Counted from the first letter of the stretch, positions 7,078-16,751 are shown. The stretch is DNA of 62,426 bases from Minisyncoccia bacterium (GCA_041736805.1 JBGSSW010000007.1:1-62426); one strand, 5' to 3'. Numbers and translations: made by a program. The notes: a model not told the origin generated them from the sequence alone.

Positions 7078-7755
7078 ATGACAGGAACTCTATCAATTGT
7101 CGCTACACCAATTGGAAACATGGAGGATATTACCTTGCGGGCTCTTCGAGTGCTTGGTGCGGCTGATTACGTGCTGTGTGAAGACACCCGCGTGACCGGT
7201 AATTTACTCAAATACCATGGCCTCAAAGCCAAGCTCAAGCGCTACGATGCTCATGCTTCTGAAAGTGTTCACGTGGAAGTTTTAAATGATTTAAATGAGG
7301 GTAAGAGTATTGCTCTGGTAAGTGATGCTGGCACACCAGGAGTAAGTGACCCGGGAGTGATGTTGGTGGCGCGTGTCCGGAGTGAAGCTCCAGACGTTCG
7401 TATTGATGCCATTCCAGGAGCTTCGGCTTTGACTGCCGCCTTCTCCATTGCTGGGATTACCGGCAATAGTTTCGTCTTTCTGGGTTTTGCTCCTCATAAA
7501 AAGGGTAGGCAGACTTTTTTTAGAGAGCTAGCTACTGAAGAGCGTCCAGTGATTTTTTATGAATCCCCGCACCGCGTCATGAAGGCTTTAGAGTCACTCA
7601 AAGGTGAACTGGCTGATGATAAACAAGTGATAGTGGCTAGAGAGTTGACTAAGATGTTTGAGGAGGTGGTGAAGGGGACAGCGACTGAGGTGTTGGAATA
7701 TTTCACTAACCATCCTGACAAGATAAGAGGGGAGTTTGTGGTCTTGATTAGTTAG
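7078..7755 (+). CDS. rsmI: 16S rRNA (cytidine1402-2'-O)-methyltransferase
   Basis: GTLSIVATPIGNMEDITLRALRVL..YVLCEDTR and SDAGTPGVSDPG motifs of the RsmI tetrapyrrole-methylase fold. The start is moved to ATG 7078, downstream of the terminator. Confidence 0.85.
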   Translation: MTGTLSIVATPIGNMEDITLRALRVLGAADYVLCEDTRVTGNLLKYHGLKAKLKRYDAHASESVHVEVLNDLNEGKSIALVSDAGTPGVSDPGVMLVARVRSEAPDVRIDAIPGASALTAAFSIAGITGNSFVFLGFAPHKKGRQTFFRELATEERPVIFYESPHRVMKALESLKGELADDKQVIVARELTKMFEEVVKGTATEVLEYFTNHPDKIRGEFVVLIS

Positions 7756-7815
7756 AAAAAAGTGTTATAGTTTGGATTGGTTTCGTTCAATCTCGCAACT
7801 GTTAAAGGAACAGAA

Positions 7816-8139
7816 ATGCTTCACTTTTGCCGTATCCCTGTTTTGGACGATGATGGACGTCTCATTGGCTCTATTCCAGTCTGGTTTATTGGAGTCGGGA
7901 TTATGTCAGGATTCTTTTTGACAGTCTCGACTTTGTTTGTTGCCGGGTCCTGTTTCCTGGGAGTTATGGAAGTCGGCTGGTTTCAGTCCCTGGGTATTGA
8001 AAGTCGACATCTCATGCCCTTTGGTTTGCTGGCAGTATTTTCTTTTTTCGGTCAGGTGTGGCATCAAAGCGTCATGGAATCGATTGAGGACTATCAGCAG
8101 AAAGCCATGAAGCCGGCAGTCAAATATTGGCCGCGGTGA
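7816..8139 (+). CDS. Hypothetical membrane protein
   Basis: The ORF has 2-3 hydrophobic helices. ATG 7816 is preferred over the TTG at 7777. A terminator lies downstream. It is GC-richer than its neighbours. Confidence 0.4.
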   Translation: MLHFCRIPVLDDDGRLIGSIPVWFIGVGIMSGFFLTVSTLFVAGSCFLGVMEVGWFQSLGIESRHLMPFGLLAVFSFFGQVWHQSVMESIEDYQQKAMKPAVKYWPR

Positions 8140-8173
8140 GTAACAATTGAAGGACTAGACTCCCTAAGGTTTC

Positions 8174-8202
8174 AAAGACCGAACGCCTCGCGTTCGGTCT
8201 TT
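8174..8202 (+). terminator. Intrinsic terminator
   Basis: aaagaccgaacg-cctcg-cgttcggtcttt. Confidence 0.6.
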
Positions 8203-8274
8203 ATCAGATTGACAGCTTAGTTCATAATAGTTACGATTGGGATTGCCTATTGGTCTTTAACTGGAGATTCAAGA

Positions 8275-8592
8275 ATGGATAAACACATGGTAGATTTGAA
8301 TGAAGTTGAGGTCTCCAAGCTCTCAAACGATAAGTTGGAAACTCTGTACCAAGCTGCCAAAAGTGAAGTTAGTCAAGATAGAATTCCACTTTTGCAGCAG
8401 AGCTGTCAAGCCTTGGGTTCGGTCGAGACCTCATTTGTGCTTCTCTATTGTGAAATGAGAAAGCGGGGAATAGTTTCGGCTAGCCACAAACCAAACAAGC
8501 GCCAAGTACCTTTTGATCCAATTTTCAATAGTTTGGAGAAGATGTCACAACACCCACTCTTTTCGAAAAAAAAGCCTCCCAAAACAAAGTAG
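8275..8592 (+). CDS. Hypothetical soluble protein
   Basis: 105-aa ORF with GGAG upstream of the ATG. No recognisable motif. Confidence 0.4.
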   Translation: MDKHMVDLNEVEVSKLSNDKLETLYQAAKSEVSQDRIPLLQQSCQALGSVETSFVLLYCEMRKRGIVSASHKPNKRQVPFDPIFNSLEKMSQHPLFSKKKPPKTK

Positions 8593-8711
8593 TTGCTCTG
8601 GTAACTACCATCAAGAGTCCTAACCAAATCTGGGTAGGGCTTTTCCATTAATTAAAAAGCGTAGAATTGAATTATTTGTGCTTTGTTAAGTAGGTACGGT
8701 ATACTGCCCCT

Positions 8712-8957
8712 ATGTCTAAAGAAACACTCGTCTTTTTTATTGGAATCATCTTAACCCTAGTTCCATTTTTGGGCCTACCAGAAGGTTGGAGACAGTACAT
8801 CGTCGCTTTTTTGGGCGCTTCTTTAATTTTAATTGGTTATATGTTGCGGCGTACTCTATACTTTACTCGTATTGATAAAGGAAATGGTGAAAGGGGAGAT
8901 GATTCATTCGTGGAGACAACCGAACCACTATTTTCTGACCGAGAGCTACAACAATAA
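8712..8957 (+). CDS. Hypothetical small membrane protein
   Basis: 81-aa ORF with two TM helices. TATACT ends 6 nt before the ATG. Confidence 0.45.
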   Translation: MSKETLVFFIGIILTLVPFLGLPEGWRQYIVAFLGASLILIGYMLRRTLYFTRIDKGNGERGDDSFVETTEPLFSDRELQQ

Positions 8958-9052
8958 AGACTATGAATTAAGGATGCTGGGGATGACACTTCCCAACTTG
9001 ACAGTATTGAACAATAGGTTTTTACTATATTCTGCCTTAGTTTTAGGAGTAA

Positions 9053-9250
9053 TTGAAAATGTTAGTTTTATCCAACAACAATTCGATTGAGACGCTGGAA
9101 GCTGAGTTTAGTGATCTAATCCACAATCTTTGCAACCGTGAAGTTGAGGAGGTGATGTCTGGTCAATACGACGGCAGGTCACCAGTGATGCAGAAGGCAA
9201 GTCAGGTTTGGCAACAAATCAAAAAATTGAAGACAACCACAAGTATCTGA
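9053..9250 (+). CDS. Hypothetical small protein
   Basis: 65-aa ORF followed by hairpin 9271-9297. It overlaps the alternative ORF 8833..9090. Confidence 0.3.
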   Translation: MKMLVLSNNNSIETLEAEFSDLIHNLCNREVEEVMSGQYDGRSPVMQKASQVWQQIKKLKTTTSI

Positions 9251-9351
9251 TGGTATAACCAGCAGATACAAGGCCCGACTACTTTGTAGTCGGGCCTCAA
9301 CTGTGGCTAAGCTGCCGCTTTTGGGATGGATAGTAAGGTATCATATAGAGT

Positions 9352-10845
9352 ATGCAAGACGAATCATCCAGGCGACGGTTTTACGCTATAAATCAAGCTG
9401 AAGATACCCCAACGCCAGGAAATGGTGCCTTGATTCCGTATCCCGCTAAGAAGCCATTGTTAGAAAGAAAAAAGGAATCTAATATTAGTCAGTACACGTC
9501 AGTATTTTTACTCCCCTTAGCAGCTTTCGTTTTTATTTTTGCGGCTGGTTTTTTGGGAGTGCAAACTTTTTCATCGTTTAATACTGCTTCAATTCCTAAG
9601 GTTTCATTAAACGAATATGAAACTAGTAATGTTAAGCAACTTAATTATGGTGTTCAGGTAGCCTTGACTCAACCAAATTTTTTCGCCGAAACATTAGAGG
9701 CTTTTGTAGAAGCGGAGACCACTTTTATTGAAGCTGACTTATCCGCTATGCAGTTACGATATTTTGATAAGGGTATTTTAGAATTTAGTGCCAAAATCCA
9801 AGCTAAGGGTGAAAAAGGTTCTTGGTGGCAAACACCAGCTGGACTGTATAAAGTTGAATTTAAGAAGGAAAAATATTTCTCTAGCGTTGGTCAGGTCTAC
9901 CAACCTTGGACTATAGCTTTTCAGGGTAATTTATTTATCAATGGTTGGCCATACTTCGAGAACGGCACTCCAGTGGCAGATGATTACTCTGGCGGGGGTA
10001 TTAGGCTTAGTAATGATGACGCTGAGAAATTATTTAATTTAGTAAAAGTTAATGTTCCGGTTTTAATTCATGAGGATTCTTTGACGGAAGAAGCCTTTAT
10101 TTATGAACCTAAAATTCCTGAACTTAAGACCCCGCATTATTTAATCGCGGATGTTGAAAGTAGTACGGTTTTGGCTTCGAGCGATTTGACCACTGTCGCT
10201 CCTATTGCATCTGTAACAAAATTGATGACAGCCTTGATTGCGGCTGAGTATATCAATCTAGATAGTAAGGTCTTTGTAAATGAGCCGACTTTTGTCCAGT
10301 CTTTGATCCCTCGTCTTGGTGACAGGAGTCGAGTTTCTATGTACAGCTTGCTGCAATTACTTTTAGTTGAGTCATCCAACGAAGCAGCAGAAGTTATCGC
10401 TGCTCAACTTGGTAATGAAGAATTTGTAGCTAAGATGAATCAAAAGGCTTTAGCGTTAGGAATGGTTGACACACACTTTGCAGACACTTCAGGCTTGAGT
10501 GCTGAGAACGCCGCTTCACTTAGTGATTTACTTAGACTGGCTCAATACATTTACACCAACCGTAGTTTTATTTTTGAATTGACAGTCAATCAAAATTTAC
10601 CCTCAGTCCATGTAGGTGGAGAGTTTGGTGAGTTAGTTAATTTTAATAAAGTAGAAGAATTAGATAATTTTATTGGTGGTAAGGTAGGCGAAACTATTGC
10701 TGCCGGCCAAACCTCAGTAACCTTACATAAAATTAAAGTTAAAGGTACCAATAGAGTGGTAGCGATAATTATCTTGGGTTCAGAGAATAGAAACGAAGAT
10801 GTGAGAGAGTTGTTAAATTATGCACAGGAGCGTTTTGGTGGTTAG
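9352..10845 (+). CDS. Membrane-anchored fusion: YkuD-like (L,D-transpeptidase fold, catalytic residues replaced) plus S11 D-alanyl-D-alanine carboxypeptidase
   Basis: TM anchor VFLLPLAAFVFIFAAGFLGV. YkuD-like TPAGLYKV..FINGW..SGGGIRLSNDDAEKLF. Carboxypeptidase motifs SVTK (SxxK), SSN (SxN) and KVG (KTG variant). Confidence 0.8.
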   Translation: MQDESSRRRFYAINQAEDTPTPGNGALIPYPAKKPLLERKKESNISQYTSVFLLPLAAFVFIFAAGFLGVQTFSSFNTASIPKVSLNEYETSNVKQLNYGVQVALTQPNFFAETLEAFVEAETTFIEADLSAMQLRYFDKGILEFSAKIQAKGEKGSWWQTPAGLYKVEFKKEKYFSSVGQVYQPWTIAFQGNLFINGWPYFENGTPVADDYSGGGIRLSNDDAEKLFNLVKVNVPVLIHEDSLTEEAFIYEPKIPELKTPHYLIADVESSTVLASSDLTTVAPIASVTKLMTALIAAEYINLDSKVFVNEPTFVQSLIPRLGDRSRVSMYSLLQLLLVESSNEAAEVIAAQLGNEEFVAKMNQKALALGMVDTHFADTSGLSAENAASLSDLLRLAQYIYTNRSFIFELTVNQNLPSVHVGGEFGELVNFNKVEELDNFIGGKVGETIAAGQTSVTLHKIKVKGTNRVVAIIILGSENRNEDVRELLNYAQERFGG

Positions 10846-10876
10846 AAATTAATTTTTATTAAAGATACTCCTAATT

Positions 10877-12142
10877 TCAAGCATATGGCGTGTGCTTGAG
10901 TCTGTTTTGCCAGCCTTGATAAGTTTCTTCGTCGACCAGGTCTTTGTAAATAGAATCAGCGTAGGGGGTATTTATGATTCGTTCAGACCAAAGTAAGAAG
11001 TGATATTCCATATTAGGGCTACCTCCTTGTGTGACGCCCCTCCAGTATTCTTCGTTCATAAGTCCGCTGCTAGCTCGTAGGTAGTAGTCTTTTAACATTT
11101 TAATTTTTTCCATTAAAATATCATCTTTGTTAGATTCATTGGAGTCATTAGAAAAGCCATAACCATAAGCTTTTAGCATTTCTTCCATAATAGTAGCCCT
11201 ATCCTCTTGGTTGTTTTTTAAACTATAGCCACGAGCAAATCCTATCGGTCTACCTAATATTTTTCCATAATCATATTTGATTTGACCATCAGGAGTAGTT
11301 ATTAATGCTTCGTCTTCATATAATTTTCGGTTTTCTTCATTAAAACTACCAAAAGAATTTTGCCAATTTTCAGTTAGAAGAAATTCTTCTTGGCGAGGGG
11401 CGGTTTCACTACCGTCTTCATCAATCATAAAATGAGTTAACTCATGGTGAATGGTTTGTCTAAAATAATTTTTCTGACCTCTACGACGTATTTCTTCGGC
11501 CGTCTCTCCACTAAGAGTGTCTTTTGAAATGCTATTTTCTTCCAAGCGGAATTCTTTTGATACATGTTGTTCTGAATTCCAGTCGTATACCAAGGTAACT
11601 TCTGATTGAGATTCTCTATGATGGCTATCAATATGACCGTGATTCAAATAACCGCCCACTCGTGGTTCACTTGTCGATTGAGCAGCGACAACTAGATTTT
11701 TTAGACCATACTGTGTAATCATAAAATCTGGGTATTTTCTTAATTCCTCTACAATTGCTTCCAAAGCTTCGACTTGTTTGGTAAGACGGAGCTCACTAAG
11801 GTTATAGAATTGAGCAGAGTTGTCTTTTGGTGTGTAAAAATCTAAGATAACTTGTATGTTATATCGAGTGAGGATTTTATCTTTTAATTCTAAAACAGTC
11901 TCTCTTAATTCTGTTTCATTAATTAGTTCGGTAAAGTCGCGTTTATAGTCATCTAATGTCTTTCCTTCACTGATTTTTTCAGCTTCAATCATTCCTTTTC
12001 CTAAGCCGCTACTTAAGATAGCTACCGCGCCTGCTTGTTTTAGAAAATTTCTTCGCGATGGTTTTTGGGGCTGGTCTGGGGCTACCTCGTTTTGGTTTTG
12101 CGGTTTTGGCCCATTCTTTTCAAAAAAAGATTTAAATTTCAT
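10877..12142 (-). CDS. Secreted HExxH metallopeptidase-like protein with a twin-arginine signal
   Basis: SRRNFLKQAGAVAILSS matches the Tat consensus S-R-R-x-F-L-K. HHELTHF is an HExxH zinc motif. The family is unknown. Confidence 0.65.
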   Translation of the reverse strand: MKFKSFFEKNGPKPQNQNEVAPDQPQKPSRRNFLKQAGAVAILSSGLGKGMIEAEKISEGKTLDDYKRDFTELINETELRETVLELKDKILTRYNIQVILDFYTPKDNSAQFYNLSELRLTKQVEALEAIVEELRKYPDFMITQYGLKNLVVAAQSTSEPRVGGYLNHGHIDSHHRESQSEVTLVYDWNSEQHVSKEFRLEENSISKDTLSGETAEEIRRRGQKNYFRQTIHHELTHFMIDEDGSETAPRQEEFLLTENWQNSFGSFNEENRKLYEDEALITTPDGQIKYDYGKILGRPIGFARGYSLKNNQEDRATIMEEMLKAYGYGFSNDSNESNKDDILMEKIKMLKDYYLRASSGLMNEEYWRGVTQGGSPNMEYHFLLWSERIINTPYADSIYKDLVDEETYQGWQNRLKHTPYA

Positions 12143-12215
12143 AACAGTAGTTTTTATAGGTATAGCCTAACATATTAGATATAAATAAGGTGATATACTA
12201 CACAATAAATCAAAT

Positions 12216-14255
12216 ATGGGTTTTGATCCCGAAAAAATTACTTTCTTTGCAAAGACAGATGCCCGCGGTCAACAGGTAGCTTTTGGTATTAAGGCCAAAG
12301 ACAGACAAAGGCATATGTATGTAGTGGGGAAGACTGGAATGGGTAAGTCTACCTTGCTTGAAAATATGGCGGCGCAAGACATTCAAAACGGTGAAGGGAT
12401 GGCCTTCATTGACCCCCACGGTTCAGCGGCTGAGACACTACTTGATTATGTACCTGAGCATCGTATTAAGGATGTAGTCTATTTTGCCCCCTTTGACCTT
12501 AGTAATCCTATCTCATTCAACGTGATGGAAGACGTTGGTCCAGACAAAAGACATCTAGTGGTGTCGGGTCTGATGTCGACCTTTAAGAAGATTTGGGTTG
12601 ATGCTTGGAGCGCCCGAATGGAGTATATTCTTACCAACGCTTTACTAGCTCTGATTGAGTACCCTGACACCACCTTACTTTCAGTCAATCGACTTTTCTC
12701 AGACAAAGCTTATCGTAAACAAGTAGTAGATTATATTAAAGATCCAGCCGTTAAAGCTTTTTGGACTGAGGAATTTGCCAATTACACTGATCGTTTTGCC
12801 GCCGAAGCTTTGCCAGCTATTCAAAACAAAATTGGCCAATTTACGGGTAACCCTCTAATTAGAAATATTATTGGCCAACCACACTCTAGTTTTGATATTA
12901 GAAAAATAATGGACGAGAAAAAAATTCTCATCATGAACCTGTCTAAAGGTTTGGTGGGGGAAACAAATGCCAACTTACTTGGTTCGATGCTCACCACCCG
13001 TATTTATTTGGCGGCGATGAGTCGAGCCGATTTGCCTGTTGAGAAAATGCGCACCATGCCGAACTTTTATTTCTACGTTGATGAGTTTCAGTCTTTTGCC
13101 AACGCTACCTTCGCCAATATTTTGTCGGAAGCTCGTAAGTACCATTTAAATTTAATTATTGCCCACCAATATATTGAGCAAATGGAAGAAGATGTTCGAA
13201 ACGCTGTGTTTGGTAACGTCGGTACAACTATTTCATTTAGAGTGGGTCCATTTGACGCAGAAGTATTGGAAACGGTTTTTTCACCAAGATTTTTGGCTAC
13301 TGACTTAGTTAATTTAGGCTTCGCTCAAATTTACCTCACCCTAATGATTGATGGAATAGGTTCACCACCATTTTCTGCTGTCACCTTACCTCCAGTTGAA
13401 AGACCGCACATGTCATGTAAGGGGATGGTGATTGCTTCTAGTAGAGAAAGCTATGCCAAAGGACGGGATGAGGTAGAGAAATTAATTGTTGATTTACACA
13501 CTCCTGTTAAAAATGATCCACCGCCGAAAAAAAATGACTATCAGGACAGGAAAAATGAACCACCTAAGCGCAATTTTACTGAAGATAGGATAAACAATAA
13601 AAATTCCACTGTTGATTTTAAAAAGAAGGAGGAACCTCTAAGTTCTTATGATTCACAGCAAGTAAAGCAAGATTTTAAAGAAAAGACTCCAGAACAAAAA
13701 GTATCTAGAGAAGAATCTGTAAAGAAAGAAATTCCTAGAGATAATAATTTTAAAAATAGAACTCAACCAACAAACAATTCAACAGAAAACCTACGCTCAA
13801 TTTTGTCGAAAATTAGTGATAAAGATAAAATTCAAAAAAATAATTCTAATAATACTAACACTAGGCAAAATTTACCTCCAGAACAAAAAAATACCGAACC
13901 TACTAATTTACGAAGTGCTTTAGCAGAAGTATTAAGAAAAGTCGATGCAACTTCGGTTAGAGAATTGAATCAACAACCAAAATCTGAGGTAAAAAATGAA
14001 GTTAAAGAAGAAACCGGATCCTCTAATTATTTTCCAAATATTACTCCTAAGGATGTTTCTCAAACTGAGTCTCTCAAAACTAAAAATCTTGATAGAGAGG
14101 AATTAGAAAAATTAGCAGCCGAAGCGGAAACAGCTTTTAGTCAGCTGGTAGAAGAACCGGTGGCAGATATAAAGATAGACGACCCTTTAGCACCCAAGAA
14201 AATTGAGCGCTTATTTAAGTCGCCAAGCTCAGAAAAGTCGCCTTTTGCGCCATAA
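12216..14255 (+). CDS. VirD4/TraG/TraD-like (T4SS coupling-protein family) P-loop ATPase, no TM segment, with a long K/N/E-rich low-complexity tail
   Basis: Walker A GKTGMGKST and Walker B-like YFYVDEFQSF, with the IIAHQY segment. The C-terminal ~250 aa are low-complexity (PPPKKNDYQDRKNEPPKRN...). Confidence 0.75.
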   Translation: MGFDPEKITFFAKTDARGQQVAFGIKAKDRQRHMYVVGKTGMGKSTLLENMAAQDIQNGEGMAFIDPHGSAAETLLDYVPEHRIKDVVYFAPFDLSNPISFNVMEDVGPDKRHLVVSGLMSTFKKIWVDAWSARMEYILTNALLALIEYPDTTLLSVNRLFSDKAYRKQVVDYIKDPAVKAFWTEEFANYTDRFAAEALPAIQNKIGQFTGNPLIRNIIGQPHSSFDIRKIMDEKKILIMNLSKGLVGETNANLLGSMLTTRIYLAAMSRADLPVEKMRTMPNFYFYVDEFQSFANATFANILSEARKYHLNLIIAHQYIEQMEEDVRNAVFGNVGTTISFRVGPFDAEVLETVFSPRFLATDLVNLGFAQIYLTLMIDGIGSPPFSAVTLPPVERPHMSCKGMVIASSRESYAKGRDEVEKLIVDLHTPVKNDPPPKKNDYQDRKNEPPKRNFTEDRINNKNSTVDFKKKEEPLSSYDSQQVKQDFKEKTPEQKVSREESVKKEIPRDNNFKNRTQPTNNSTENLRSILSKISDKDKIQKNNSNNTNTRQNLPPEQKNTEPTNLRSALAEVLRKVDATSVRELNQQPKSEVKNEVKEETGSSNYFPNITPKDVSQTESLKTKNLDREELEKLAAEAETAFSQLVEEPVADIKIDDPLAPKKIERLFKSPSSEKSPFAP

Positions 14256-14258
14256 AAT

Positions 14259-15677
14259 ATGTCGAAGCTACCCTTACTAATATTATTCATTTTTTTAATA
14301 TTTGTAAGACCAGTTTTGGCGTCTGTCAGTTTCAGTGAAGTAGCCTGGATGGGAAGTGTAGACTCTGCTAATTATGAGTGGATTGAACTTTATAATTCCG
14401 GCACCGAAGCCGTCCCAGTTGAAGGCTGGAGTATAAATGATGGTTTAAATTTAAATATTAACTTAAGCGGTGTAATTGGTTCAAATTCTTATGCTGTCTT
14501 AGAGCGGACTAGTGAGGAGTCTGCTCCTGGGGCAGCGTTTTTAATTTATACCGGGGCTCTGGTAAATACAGGTGTGACTTTGATCTTAAAAAACAATAAT
14601 GGAGATATTGTGGATCAAGTTCCAGGAGGAGAGGATTGGCAAAATATTGGCGGCGATAATACTACTAAAGAAACCGCTCAGTACACTACCTCTGGGTGGG
14701 TAACAGATGTTCCTACCCCAGGAACCAAAAACAATCTTGGCCGAGTGGAGGAAGAGGTTGTTGTTGTGCCTAAAAGTACTACAAATAGTTCTAAAACAAG
14801 TTCTGGGGGCAGTAGCAAAAGTTCTGCCGCTACAGTACCACTTAATAATACTGAGACAAAAATGGTTTTAACTACCGAAATTCAGAGTGTGGCTTATGTT
14901 AACCAGAACGTAGCTTTCAAAGCAAAAGTTAAGGGTTTAGATGAAAACTCAGGCCGCAGAGTGCGCTACGAATGGAATTTTGGCGACTCTTATTATGCTG
15001 CCAGCACAAGCGCAAAACATTCTTACCGCTACCCAGGTACATACATTGTGACTGTTTATGCTAGAAAGGATAAAGAAGAACAAACCGCTCGGCACGAAAT
15101 AACTGTTTTGCCGGTTAATTTTTCTATCACCAAAAATGATCGTGGAGACATCCAAATTAATAACGATGCTCCATATGATGTAGATATTTCTGGCTATGTC
15201 CTTAAAGGGTTGGAAAGCATCATCTTTCCACCGCGAACCGTTATTGTTTCGAAAGGCACTATTACTATTGAAGCCAGGAGACTGAAAGGCCAAACCGAGG
15301 CATTGATTGTCCTGTATGATAATAAAAGAAATTTATTAGCTTCTACCTATGATTCAAAGTATTTAATTGAAAAGGAGTTTGAAGAAAAAGTAAACCTAGA
15401 ATACCCTCCAGTTGTAAATGCTAATTATTACAATAAACCAGCCGTAGACTCAAAGCCAGTGACTAACTTAGAGAATTTTAATTTTCTAGCCACTGAAGCC
15501 GATGCCAATACAGAAACTAAGGAGATTGAAACTGATTTTTCTACTAATTCAGTACAAAAAGAAACCTCAAGTGACGACGAGCCAGCTCAAGAAAGGCGAG
15601 AGCTAAAATGGCCATACCTAGCTTTTATTTCCCTATTGCTAGTTGCTATTGCTGGTATTTTGGTTAGTAAAAGATAG
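14259..15677 (+). CDS. Surface protein: signal peptide, lamin-tail domain (LTD), PKD domain, C-terminal TM anchor
   Basis: LTD signature SFSEVAWMGS..YEWIELYN. PKD signature YEWNFGDS..HSYRYPGTYIVTVYA. C-terminal helix YLAFISLLLVAIAGILV. It starts 3 nt after the previous stop. Confidence 0.8.
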   Translation: MSKLPLLILFIFLIFVRPVLASVSFSEVAWMGSVDSANYEWIELYNSGTEAVPVEGWSINDGLNLNINLSGVIGSNSYAVLERTSEESAPGAAFLIYTGALVNTGVTLILKNNNGDIVDQVPGGEDWQNIGGDNTTKETAQYTTSGWVTDVPTPGTKNNLGRVEEEVVVVPKSTTNSSKTSSGGSSKSSAATVPLNNTETKMVLTTEIQSVAYVNQNVAFKAKVKGLDENSGRRVRYEWNFGDSYYAASTSAKHSYRYPGTYIVTVYARKDKEEQTARHEITVLPVNFSITKNDRGDIQINNDAPYDVDISGYVLKGLESIIFPPRTVIVSKGTITIEARRLKGQTEALIVLYDNKRNLLASTYDSKYLIEKEFEEKVNLEYPPVVNANYYNKPAVDSKPVTNLENFNFLATEADANTETKEIETDFSTNSVQKETSSDDEPAQERRELKWPYLAFISLLLVAIAGILVSKR

Positions 15678-15746
15678 TAATTATTGAATAACACTTACTT
15701 TGAATGTAAAGTTACTCTTTTACTTTTATTGTAGTTATATAGTGAT

Positions 15747-16751
15747 ATGGACAAGAAAAATATTGTTGTCATAGGCGGTGGTACCGGAACACATACAGTT
15801 CTGAGGGGTTTGCGACATTATGTTGATACGCTCAATATTACGGCAATTGTTAACATGTCAGATTCTGGAGGTTCAACTGGCAGGCTGCGTGATGAGTTTG
15901 GCTTTTTACCAATTGGGGATGTAAGGAATGCTCTCTCCGCCTTAGCGTCGGAAGGCGATAAATATGAGGAATTACTCCGGCAACTTTTTCTCTACCGTTT
16001 TCAAAGGGGTTCTGGACTCGAAGGGCATAATTTTGGTAATTTATTTTTGACAGCTCTAACTGATATTCTTGGCAGTGAAGTAGCAGCGATTGACGCAGCT
16101 TCTCATATTTTACAAGTATCAGGACGAGTCATTCCAGTCACTACCGATAACGTACAGTTGGTCGCACAGTACGATGACGGCAGCGTAGTGGAGGGTGAGA
16201 ATAATATTGAGGATGCTATTTTACATAAAGAACACTCTCGATTGACCTCTCTTTGGCTTACTCCGAAGGCAGCTATAAATCATGAAGCTGCTGAAGCCAT
16301 AAGGTCGGCAGATTTAATTATTTTTGGTCCTGGGGATCTTTATACTAGTGTTTTAGCAAACTGTGTTGTTGAGGGTTTTGTAGAAGCCTTAAATGACAGT
16401 AAGGCTAAACTAGTTTATGTCTGTAACCTGATGTCTAAACGTGGTCAGACTGTCGGTATGCACGCAGCTGAACATATAGCAGAAATACAAAGACATATTG
16501 GTCGGAAATTAGATGTAGCACTAATCAACAATGCCACTTTTCCTGAAGATTTGATTCGAAAGTATCAAGAGGAGGGCGATCATCCAATTTTAAATAATTG
16601 TTTTGATGGATTTTGTAAAATTGAAGCCAGGCCACTAATTTCAAAAGAAGCAGTGGTGTTGAGCACTGGGGACGTAGTAAAGAGAAGTTTAATTCGACAC
16701 GACTCAGATGTTTTGGCCGAAGCTTTGATTGGTATTCTCAATACTGATTAA
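15747..16751 (+). CDS. YvcK/CofD-family protein (UPF0052, gluconeogenesis factor-like)
   Basis: VVIGGGTGTHTVLRGL, SDSGGSTGRLRDE and GPGDLYTSVLAN motifs. Confidence 0.85.
   Translation: MDKKNIVVIGGGTGTHTVLRGLRHYVDTLNITAIVNMSDSGGSTGRLRDEFGFLPIGDVRNALSALASEGDKYEELLRQLFLYRFQRGSGLEGHNFGNLFLTALTDILGSEVAAIDAASHILQVSGRVIPVTTDNVQLVAQYDDGSVVEGENNIEDAILHKEHSRLTSLWLTPKAAINHEAAEAIRSADLIIFGPGDLYTSVLANCVVEGFVEALNDSKAKLVYVCNLMSKRGQTVGMHAAEHIAEIQRHIGRKLDVALINNATFPEDLIRKYQEEGDHPILNNCFDGFCKIEARPLISKEAVVLSTGDVVKRSLIRHDSDVLAEALIGILNTD

Noticed and set aside
6736-7121. Minus-strand ORFs 6736..6957 and 6882..7121, and the long form 6821..7006.
   Set aside because: They are mutually exclusive with each other and cross the terminator hairpins. 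Only the SD-preceded 6869..7006 frame has any initiation signal, and even that call is low confidence.
8833-9090. 85-aa ORF overlapping both 8712..8957 and 9053..9250.
   Set aside because: It overlaps two other candidates out of frame and has no start-site signal. Coding status in this stretch is uncertain overall.
480-15677. A conjugative element or T4SS island, suggested by the VirB2-like small protein and the VirD4-like ATPase.
   Set aside because: The two genes are 11 kb apart and separated by murD, murC and rsmI. No VirB4, VirB6, relaxase or integrase is present, and no flanking repeats were seen.
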